Source: Paraspadella gotoi
Lineage: Eukaryota; Animalia; Chaetognatha
Assembly (NCBI GenBank): GCA_051294375.1
Contig: CM119270.1
Coordinates: forward strand, 9,239,530 to 9,303,529
Reading direction: 5' to 3'
DNA: 64,000 nucleotides
This document shows positions 31,387 through 41,900 of this stretch, piece after piece. The position numbers were made by a program, and so were the translations under genes. Within the stretch, counting starts at the first letter, position 1; each line of letters begins with the position of its first letter. Under the pieces are notes generated by a model. That model worked only from the letters and a program-made list of their open reading frames with translations. It searched no databases and was not told where the DNA came from.

Positions 31387-34300
31387 AGAGAAAGAAAGAA
31401 AGAACCAGTGAAAAAATCCTTTAGCATTGTGGAACTGTATAAGCAATAATAATAATAAAGTTTAAATTGATGAATATTAGTGAAATTTAACCATTAATCT
31501 ACTTAATAATTAGTGATGAGTGAAATAGAAATTTGGAAATTTGAAAGGATAGATTTTGATGAAATGAGTTAAAAACACAAAATATTTTTCAAAATTCACT
31601 TTAACGCTGATGAAGACTAGAAATAAAGGCAGAAACAATGTCTGTTTTTACAATAATAAAACAAAAATCGTCAAATTTTGCTCTAATTATCTCACAATGA
31701 AAAAGAAAGGATTTAATATCATAATGCGATTTAAAAAAGTTTTTTGACGATTTTTACATGTTTACAATTCATTATTTGTTTTGTAAAATACTTGTTCGGA
31801 GCAAGATTCAATTCTGTGGCATTTGAAATTGATCCTATGCCATCATGACTTTAAAAAGCTGAGGTGATTCATTAGGAAGCTGCGCTTTCTTTCCGGAAAA
31901 GTGGCGTGAGGGAAGGGACGATGCCGAAGGACCTCGATGCTCTACTTTTTTTTAATCATTAAAAAAAAAGTTTGAGCTCCATGCTTTAACCGGGCCTGGC
32001 GTTTTGTCGCGTTCGCCGGTCCAAATAGAGGTTTTGACAAGACTGACTTAAATATTAACTATAAGAACAAGTTGTATTCCCTAAAATCATGGCATAGTTA
32101 AGTTTGTACAAATACGGTTTTTTCAGATGGGGGAGGGAGAAAAGTTAAACGCAGTAAGTGATTCTAAAATAAACTAAAAATCCTATTACAAAGATTACAA
32201 AAAAAACTTTTCATAATGACAGGCCGACAAAAACAGGGCCAAGATAAATATTTTTCTTTTCACTCCATTTTCTATAAAGATCGAAAGTGGTTCAAGTTTT
32301 TCTTTAGGTGAGAGAGAGAGAGAAGAGATAGAAAAAGGTGGCAACAAAAGAACTTGAGAAAGGAAGAGATATTGGAAGTTGATGTGAAATAAGTTCAACC
32401 TCTGCTGAAGTAACTCAAGTTTGTCTATCTACGAATCGCGCATCCCGCCAAGACTCAGAGGAAGAAAAATCGCGTGAACAGACAACCGACTGCCTCAACC
32501 GTCAGGTAAGAGAGGGCTGCTTTGACAGGTACAGGCAGGCTCAATGGACATTTTGGATCCAAACAAACCAGACCTAGATATCACTTTCCTCAATAGCCAA
32601 TGACTAATCCATGATCCAAACAGGGCATGACTTTCCATTTAATCCTATGAGGGGGTCAGCTGCTATTTTTGAAGCTCTTTTTTATCTTAAATTTTACTTT
32701 CTTTTCAACTTATTGTAATTCTCTCTATCTGTTTCAAGCTATTTCATGGTTTCATTTTCCCACTAATTTTTATTTTGTTAATTGATAATTTTAATTTTTA
32801 GTCAATTAAATTTATTTATTGTTATATATTATTCAATTTTAAAAATATCCAAACAAATTTTTGCTTTATTCTTAAAATGACTTTATTTCATTTTCCTTCA
32901 CTTTCCTATTTCTCTCTATTTCTCCTCTCCTTCAACTTAAGCTGTCTTCACCTCTAGCCAATGTCCTTTCCCCAGTTTCTTTGTTGAGCAACCTATATCG
33001 CTCGCTTTTTTCTCTCTCTCCTTTTGTCTCTCTCTCTCTCTCTCTTCTCTCTTTTACCTTGCATAATATTTTATTGTACTGTACCTCCCTACTCTGTGTT
33101 GGCAGTCATAAATTCACTCTTTCTATTGCCCTTTGTTCTAAAAAATTTTATCATTTTTATTCGTTTTTTTTATTAAAAGGTTAATTTTTAACAACTACTT
33201 CGCGGTTTTTGTGGACTTAACTTCCGGTTTATTTTGAAGCTTACTTCTGTTGACACAGATGTCCTGTTTTCAAAAATAAACACTCTATAAATAGTTACTT
33301 AAGTTTTTGAAGGGTTACAAGCCACTTTTTAGTAAAAAATTAGCAAAACGGAAAAATCATTAGATTTTATGGGGGAAAAAAATTTCACTAGACACGAGGT
33401 TTGCGCTAATTGACTTTGACGCTTCATTGGGTTGATACGCGGTAACATTTTTTTTTCCAGATTTGAGTTTAAAACTTATCCAATGTTCATAAATAACGGG
33501 AAACCGAACGAGTGAGAACTTGGGAACAATTTTTGATACTGGGGAGGTCTAATGAGCAATTGGTGTTCAAATAGTCCATTTCCACTTGGACGATTCCATC
33601 AAACTTCATATCCAGCTTAATCACACACTTCCCTTCCCACACACAAAAAATTATTCAAATCCATCCATCCAATCACGAGTAATTGGTGTTTTTTGCTAAG
33701 GTGGGACGGACGAATAGATGGACGGACGGATGGACGGACAGACGGATGGATGGACGGACGGACGGACGGACGGACGGACGGACGGACGGACAGACGGACA
33801 GACAGACAGACAGACAGATGGACGGACAACATTTTTTTTCATAATTTATCATAATTCGATGTTATGACATGATATAAGTTATTGCCCGACAATATTGAGG
33901 GGGCAGACTTACGGACCGACAAAGTGAATTATAGAGTCGGGATCTGCTGATAAGCAGATTCGACTAAAAATTTGAGTAGTGGAGAAAAATAAATAAGGCA
34001 AACAGCGTAAGACGGATTTTATAAAATTAACTTTAGTTAATCTCTTCAGCGCTCTTTCTCGTATTGTCTCGCTCTCTCCATATCTTCCTCTTATCAATTC
34101 AATCTTCAATTAGTGTTTGTCGTCTGCAGATTATCTCGTTGTCAAACCTTTTTTTTAACATCTCTCCCTTTTCATTTTTTATTTCATTTTTTAAAACCGC
34201 CATTTTCAAAGCTTCGACTGAGATTTTTTTTTTTCATTTCCTTCAACATGAGTTTGACGAGTAAAATCTCTCGGCTTCCTGTCGCAATAAGAAGATGAAG

Positions 34301-37300
34301 AAGAATTTTAAAGGATGTGAATAAAAATATAAAGAGAAAAAGTGGAAAAAAATTGCAATAAGTTCGGAGAAGCCTCTCCTGACCAAAAGAATATATCCGT
34401 TTCCTTTGATGAAATTGAAACACTATGTTGGTCCGTCAGTCCGCCCCCTCAATCTTGTCGGGTATTCACTTATATCATGTCAGAACATCGAATTATGATA
34501 AATTATGCAAAAATAACGATGTCCGTCCGTCCGTCCGTCCGTCTGTCTGTCTGTCCGTCCGTCCCACCTTAGCAAAAAACTCCAATTACTTGTGATTAGA
34601 TGGATGGATTGGAATGAAATTTTGTGTGTGGGTAGGAAAATGTGTGATTGAGCTGGATATGAAGTTTCGATGGAATCGTGCGAGTGAAAATGAGTTTAAA
34701 TGGAAAAAACAAAAAACCTGTTTCGCTAATTGATTAATGATTATGCTTCTTTTTCTTTTTATATTAAATGTAAATGCAAGATGTATTAATTAATCAAATA
34801 ATTAATCAGTTAATTAATCAATTAGTCAATTAATTAATAAATAATTAATTGATCAATCAATTATTCAATAAATCAATTTATTTATAAATTAATCTATTAT
34901 TTAGTCAATCAATCAATAAATTAATAATAAAATTATTATTTTAGTTTATATAGTTTGTATTAATTAATTACCGCTAATGATCGTGGGCAGATCCGAAATT
35001 GTTTGCTCAAACTTGTTATGAAAGTAGGAATGTGAAAAGGGAATGGAATTTTAGGCCGAGAAATATTATTTACATTTTTGTAATTCCCAGAATTCTCTCT
35101 CTCAATCTTCACTCTTCGATAAGCACATTCAAACAAAAAACATTTTTCACCTTCCTTTTTTGTGATTATTTAATTTTGTTTGTAAAAATAATTACTAGTA
35201 CATATACTACTTATTTCTACTATACTTCAGTTGAATCCCCTTTTTTACTATAACCTGACCCTCACCTCGGCATAAAGGTCAGGCGCCCTGTTTTTGTCTG
35301 TGTCCTCTTCCTCTTCCTCCTCCCGAGGCCGACGATCAGAAGTTTCCTTTTGACGCACGAAGTTGGCTACCTGAAGAAAATCCATGACACCAACCAATGT
35401 AATGAAGCAAGCATTCAATAACATTTCATTTCGTTTATTCAAACAAATAAAAAAGAATCGAAACGTAAAAGGTTTTTTTTTAATTAATATTGCCGTCCAT
35501 TAATAAATAATAGTTAATCAAACCTACTTGACACTTGTAGCAAGAAGGCGAGCCTCCTTCCACGGCCACGACTCCGAAGCTTCCGGTTTTGCTACCGAGG
35601 CGACTTCCGGGTTTGTGCTTATACTCACAGCAAGCGCTTAGACGGGAAACCTTTTAAAAAATGATAAAAAAAACGTTGGTTCTCACACCAAAAATATCAC
35701 CTCTGAAAACTTATCGATGCCAAACACAACTGCAAAAAAAATTCATTTTTTTTTCTTCACGTTGATTCGAAGAAGTAGTATTTTAATGCCACTACTACTA
35801 CTATTGCTTTTGTCACGAAGTTTGATACCACTGTTTTAATAATAAGTGCATGTTAAAACCTCGCCATTCCTCACCTGCAGACCGGAGACGTAAAATGTAA
35901 GGCTGAAGGGAAATCCGCGATGTCTCCGCGAGACAAAGACGAATTCCTCGCCGGCGGCCAGTTTGTCATTGAAGACCGGAAGGGCGTTGCCGCCGCAATG
36001 TTGCTGCATCACCATAACCTCCTGACGAGGATCTTCAGCCTCGAAGGCTAACTTGATGCGGGGGCTGTGGAGGGGGGGAGAGAAGGATGGAGATAAAGAC
36101 ATGGTAGGGCGAGGTGAGCTTAGACCTTCAGCAGTTTGATTTGTATAGTCTCCAAATAAAACAAATCGTTGTCACTAAACGAATCAAACTTATTCCTGCA
36201 AAGTCTCCAACTCTTACCCGAAATATTTCATGGTGACTTTACAAAGTGAATGCGGAGGTAGAGGCTGCGGACGCGGCGGCGTCGATGGATGCAGCGTCGC
36301 CGGGGTGCCGCGCGTTGACGATCGAGGACTGCGCGCCGATCCGGCGTCGGCGAAACGCGGACTGCGCGCCGACGACTGGAATCAGCCGCTTGGCGCGTGC
36401 GACGAGCGCGGTTGGCTGATGGACGGCGCGATGGCGGGAAGCTGAGGATCGAAAATCATTTTAAAATAAATCAATTCACATATACATTAAGGCGTAGTAA
36501 AATTTCTATATTTAACTTTAATTAAAATTCTAAAAGTGAGGAACGAACAACATTATACTAATAAACATTTATGTAATAAAAAAATTTATAATAAATTTTA
36601 CAATTTACGCAGTAGGCCATATTTATACTAGTACTAATCCAATAAATGTTAAAATTTAAAAATAGTTTTTTCTAAGATTTTTTTACAGATTTGAATTCGT
36701 CATAAAAAGTTGATAAAAAAGAAATATAACCTCTTTTAGAAAGATTCCTTCATTAAGTGGGTCAAAAATTAGAAAAAGCTGTATATTAAGTTGAAAATTA
36801 ACTTTTTATATATTAAATATAGTTTTTTAAATTTTTAACCCACTTAATAAAAGATTTTCAAAATGACTTATATTTTCTTTTATCAACTTTTTGACGAGGA
36901 ATTCAAATCTGCAATCAAAATTAAGAAAAGCTTATTTTGAAATTTTTCGATTTTATAAAGATAGTACTATATATAAATATAGCCTACTGCGAAAATTTGA
37001 AGAACATAAAATTAATTTTTTTAATAAATTAATGTTTACTGATGGTATGTTGTTCATAATTGACATTATAAAATTTTTGTGTGTAACTTTCACTACGCCT
37101 TAATATACATGATTAGGAGAAAAATAGTTTTGATGAGAGATGCCCCCCTTTCTTATTTTATTCATTGTTTTTCCCATTTTCATTGTACTATGATTTTCCT
37201 TTACTTTAGTGTGCTTTCATACCCTTTTCGTATATGGTTTTCTTTTACTTTTAGTTAAATAGTTTACCAGACATGTCTCTAAACTTTAAAGTAAATATAT

Positions 37301-39416
37301 TCAACAAGTTTTGGCTTAAGTTACATTTTTCATCTGCAATTAACTGTCATCAAAAACAAGATAGTGGAAGAGACAACACGTAAACATAAACATGCCTACA
37401 ATTATTACAACCTTTTCATCACTAAACAGTGACTAATTGACTATTGACTATTCAGTTAAATTTTATTCACCCTGGCGGCGTTGGAACGAAATACGGTGAA
37501 GAGGTGATGTCTTCCTGACGCAGGTTGGCGTTGGAGTGTCTAAGATTGGCGTTTGAGCCGCGAATGTTGGTGTAGGAGTGGGAAGGACCGAAGTCCCGAT
37601 CTTCCGCGATGCGATGTGAGGTGGGTCGAACTGGAGTCCCGTCGGCGTCTATGTACACGTGGGTCTTCGCTCGTTCCTGATTTATTGATATTGTGCTTAA
37701 AATATTAATGTCATACCTTGAATACTGTACGACGGCTCGTTGGTCTAGAGGTATGATTCTCGCTTCGGGTGCGAGAGGTCCCGGGTTCGAATCCCGGACG
37801 AGCCCGAGTCCAATTATTTTCCATTTTCTTTTATATTGTATACTTCTACTAGCCTGCTGTTCGTATTGAGTATCGTAACACTCGAGACACGAACAGCTTG
37901 AAGAGGGAAAATTGGGGCAGTTGACGCCGGCAACGCCGCCACCTGACGGAGTTTTCGTCGACCTGGAAAAGAGCGACATCTAATTTGCATAATTCAGCAA
38001 TGTCATTGGTTTAGGGCTTATTTTTTCCGTATTCAACGAAGGAAAAAAATTTCTGGAGGATTAAAATCACGTTATCTTCATTCACAAGTAATTATATTTA
38101 ATAGAATAAAACAATTTTAATTCTAATTTTAGATTGTAAAATTAGATTTTAAAAACGATCCGTCAACTTACCCCGCGGGCGAGGACCGAGAATTGGACCG
38201 AGAGGGCGAGCGACGGTCGGGGGCTGAGGTCGGCCGAAGAGACGAATTTCCGCCTGATGAAAACGAAACTGCTATTGATGAATCATTGCATCAATCAAAG
38301 GAAACAAAACACTAGCTAATGAATTTACTGATACATTACCTCTCGGCGTTAGGCCCCCTTGCGACGCGTGGAGAACATAGGGTAAGTTTCGAGGCGCGGC
38401 CGTCCTTTTTGGTAAAGACTTGGTGAGAGCGGTAGAGAGAATGTTCTCGCTGAGCGTGAAATTCAATTAGACAAAAGAGTAAACAAAAATGACATTTCAG
38501 TTTTATCATATCAACCGATCTCAATGTTAATCTCGCCAGACGGGCTTAGAAAAATTCTTCAAAAATCTTAAAACTAACTTTGAAAAATTTTTAAAAAATC
38601 TTAAAAAGTAATTTTTAAAAATCTTAAAAAATCTTAAAAAATATTTTAGGACTTTTTATATAAATTTTGCTCACCTATGGATAAAATTATCAATTGAATT
38701 TACTTATTTGGATGTATTTGAAAAATTTTGCATAGGTCCTCATGTTTGATTTATTTGTCCGTTTTTTACTATTCTCCTTTTCGCTATAGCTTTTTCGCTA
38801 TTTTTTGTCTCTTAGGTTTGGCTTATTGTCTTTTATCTTCTGATTTTGTTGTGCTTAAATATATATATATGCAAGTTTTAAAGGGACCTGTTGACGTCGA
38901 TCCTCGACAACTTTAACCGCCGAACGTTCTCGATCTTTTCTACTCTCTTCCAGTTTCCTCTGGATGCCGGACTGACGGTTTCGTTCCATATCCAGGTGCG
39001 TTGCACGATCGCTTGGGCCACCATTTCTTCCACTCTTCTTTTGTGATCCCGTCTAAAGGGGATTGATTGAATGATTGATTGATTGATTTTATTATTATAT
39101 AATATTATTTGGTGATTTTGAATATAAGCTTACATTAAAATAATTTAATAAAAATTATTTTATTGTTCAGTTAGTTTGCGTATAAGAATGTAAAAAATTC
39201 CAAACTCAATACACCAAGGATTAGTTTATTGTCCAATTTTCAGGACCTGGCGATATTGAGTCTGTACGTGCGCTCGTCGACAATGGCGCCAGTTCTGGTG
39301 ACCAGACCCGTTCTCTTCAAGTGACGCCTGATTCGAGGATTGCTGAAATATCCGGCCAAGTTAGGATCCGTCAGGCTGCAGTAGTTGTTGATGGGACTCG
39401 AATCTCGCAGCATCAT
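25624..39416 (-). CDS. ERICH3: ERICH3 (glutamate-rich 3, DUF4590) homolog with apparent frame disruptions; may be a pseudogene or assembly error
   Basis: The N-terminus YCSLTDPNLAGYFSNPRIRRHLKRTGLVTRTG and the DUF4590 core (VTMKYFG, QQHCGGN, FVFVSRRHRGFPFSLTFY, RLSACCEYKHKPGSRLG, CYKC) are followed by an acidic tail. Exons: 39416-39247, 39052-38888, 38449-38340, 38253-38172, 37962-37854, 37676-37471, 36441-36218, 36064-35875, 35650-35528, 35370-35266, 29338-29239, 28102-27876, 27571-27421, 27156-27024, 26951-26557, 26394-26141, 26058-25953, 25844-25624. Frame problems occur in exons 2, 7 and 16. Confidence 0.85.
29389..33921 (-). mobile_element. Non-autonomous Helentron/DINE-1-like repeat, long or composite copy
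   Basis: 33590-33921 is the reverse complement of 34426-34680, including the (GACG/GACA)n microsatellite. 29389-~29920 is the reverse complement of ~34600-35017, including the terminal tcggatctgcccacgatc palindrome region and the aacaag end. No transposase ORF is visible. Whether the interior belongs to one element is inferred. Confidence 0.45.
34426..35017 (+). mobile_element. Non-autonomous Helentron/DINE-1-like repeat, ~590-bp copy
   Basis: Internal (GTCC/GTCT)n microsatellite, a 3' subterminal palindrome gatcgtgggcagatc and a terminal cttgtt, an architecture typical of DINE-1/HINE elements. Homologous inverted segments lie nearby. Confidence 0.55.
36491..37099. mobile_element. ~610-bp fold-back MITE with TTAA target-site duplication (Kolobok-like)
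   Basis: ttaa|ggcgtagt...actacgcc|ttaa. The two halves are imperfect reverse complements along most of the length (cgcagtaggc/gcctactgcg, cagatttgaattc/gaattcaaatctg, aaaaagttgataaaa/ttttatcaacttttt, ttaagtgggt/acccacttaa). A TTAA TSD with GG...CC ends fits Kolobok better than piggyBac. Located in ERICH3 intron 6. Confidence 0.75.
37734..37805 (+). tRNA. tRNA-Pro (anticodon CGG)
   Basis: GGCTCGTTGGTCTAGAGGTATGATTCTCGCTTCGGGTGCGAGAGGTCCCGGGTTCGAATCCCGGACGAGCCC is a canonical eukaryotic tRNA-Pro. It has intact A and B boxes, anticodon arm CTCGC-TT CGG GT-GCGAG, and downstream T-runs for Pol III termination. Confidence 0.97.
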
Positions 39417-39780
39417 TGTATTTTTCTGGTTTTATTTTTTCTTAAGAATTACTGTTTCGATTTTTAATCTCGTCCACGACGGAGAAAATGATTAAATATA
39501 TAAATATCCTTAATTAAAATATAAGACATTTCATTCGCAATATTCACAGATTATAAATTAAAATTTTCAACTGCAATTTCTCTCTTTTCGTGGTCTCAAT
39601 GAAAATCAAAACATAGTTTTCCAACGCAATTCTTACGATCCGTTTTCTTTTATGGTTTTTTTTGTAAGTAAGTAATCCAAAAAAATGTATGATAACAGCG
39701 AAAGAAATTAAACTTCTTCGCGTCCCCCACGACGGAGCGTCTGTTCTCATTTTTTTCGTGTCTCTATAAAAACAGACGGA

Positions 39781-39794
39781 CGTTGCTAAGGACG
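39781..39794. promoter_or_regulatory. Candidate RFX X-box upstream of ERICH3
   Basis: cGTTGCTAAGGACg (reverse complement gtccttagcaac) lies ~370 bp upstream of the ATG, with a CCAAT at ~39861. The match is imperfect and short motifs occur by chance. Confidence 0.3.
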
Positions 39795-41900
39795 ATCTTC
39801 TTTTACGACCAATAACGATTCTTTGTTTGAGAATTGCGTGATTGTCCTCGGATAGGTTGACCAATGATAAAGCGATCGCATTGAATGTAGGTTGCTGACG
39901 TCGTCGGGACACGAGATACATCGTCAACCTTTATAATTTACAAACATAAAGAACGCCTATTTATAGTAAGTGTTTGAGATATAAATTAAAAATAGTATCT
40001 ATTAGTTTGAAATTTTATAATATTAATTCGAATTCTCATTTATTATGAATATAAAAATTATTTCCAATGCCTTTACATTTTTCGGGGTTTTCGTCATCAT
40101 TCTCGTCACGCTTTGGGGGTCAACTCCGTTAACCTTTAAGCTACAACCCGCTTATACAGATTTATGTCTCCAACACGAGACTAACAGGGAGTATGAGGCT
40201 GACAGAGTAGGCACCGTTCCTCCATGCTCATAAAACGACTGTTTCGTCTTGGTTTGCTAAGTTAAATTAATTATATAAAAATTTTAATCTTCGATGATAA
40301 TAATAAAACATGTCATTGAAATTACCAAATATAAATAGCAAAGCCAATTTTATAAAAGAATGCGATGCTCTTTTTGTCACCAAACCATTTAAAGTTTAGC
40401 AGATCCCTGGTGATCGAATATTAAAGTAAACGACCGAAGAGCACAAGCGACCAAAATCTCATTTACATATTGTCGTTAGAGACAAATATGAGGTAGTATT
40501 TTAATTACAAAGATCAATTGTTTTTTAACTATTAAAGGCCAAGAGAAAAATTAAAGATTTTGGATTTTAAAATAAATTACAAGTTTAAAGCTTTTAATTA
40601 TGGTTTTAAACTCTTTGATATCGAGGCATAATGTTTTTCTACGCGAATCATCCCAAGGTGTTGATACAATATGATAGAACAAGTCTGATCGAGCTTTCAA
40701 TAACTCTGGTTTCTCTTCAGAGCGAACAAATCTTTCGCCTTTTACTAAAGATTTCCGTGGAGAGGAACACTCAAAGAGTGTTTCTTTATTTATCTCAGCC
40801 CGAGCAAAGCTCGGGAAATGTCGACCCGGTGTTCTGAATGTCGTTATTGAATTATTATCTTATCTTAATTCGCCTATGAATCATAGGTTCAATGATTATG
40901 ACTTATCTTTTTCCTGATCATACCGAACGAATAAAGCTTTTAGCAGGAAGGTTTGTATTTAATTTTAAAACATCCAATGCCAGCGAGATAAAAACATTTC
41001 GAGGAACAAACAAATCGTTATAAATTTTTATTTAAAAAAGTGGTTAACAAATTTTAAAATTGCGTACTAATTGTGATGAACAACCATCAGAAGAAAAATG
41101 ATTTGAGATTTTGATGTTCGACGGTAATTTCAAAAGTTTTCAACATTTTCCTAATTTGTTGAGCTTTTTTTTTTTCAGTACGTGAAGCAGGACTTTCAGA
41201 TATGTGTGTGAGTTGTGTGTATATTGACGATTGACTTAACATGGTAAAACAACGACATATTCATAAGGAGGAAAAAGAAAATAGCTTCATCGGTGATTAA
41301 AAAAAAGAGGTAAAAACAATTTTTCTTAAGCTGATTGTTATGATTGAAACGTTAAGGTACGATCACAATCATAAAAAGGCACAAAATTCACTATAAATAT
41401 GTAAAGCATAGGACAATGGGATTACCAGGAAACCCGATTAAAATGGTTAGATAAACATATCTAAGGGATTCGAGGCTTTTATTTGATGTCAATACAGGGA
41501 AAATGACAATATTAGGAAGCCAACAGTACCAACATAACGGGCCGAGAAATTTCAATAATTTTAAAATTTTTCACTGTGATCAAGGCGAAGTATCAAAGTT
41601 ATAACAACAAAAAAACATTGAATGGTTTTAAACAGTAAAAGTGTTATACTACTGTCCATAAAAGTTTTTAGGGTAAAATAGACATTTGTACGTAAATTAT
41701 CTTTTATCACATATTTAATTTCCCATGTCTTTTGAATCCATTTCCATGAGCCTAATCCCTTCCATTTCCCTTCCCAAAGGAACGAAAATTGCGACTGAAA
41801 AAGTCTTCAAATGGTTAAGGATTTTTAAATGCCCAGAAACAATATATAAGCGGTTACTAAACTTAATTATCTCGTTACTAAAACTTGACGAGTAAATATT

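Noticed and set aside
40797-40835. cccgagcaaagctcggg hairpin resembling a Helitron 3' end
   Set aside because: No CTRR terminus follows and there is no second copy in the window.
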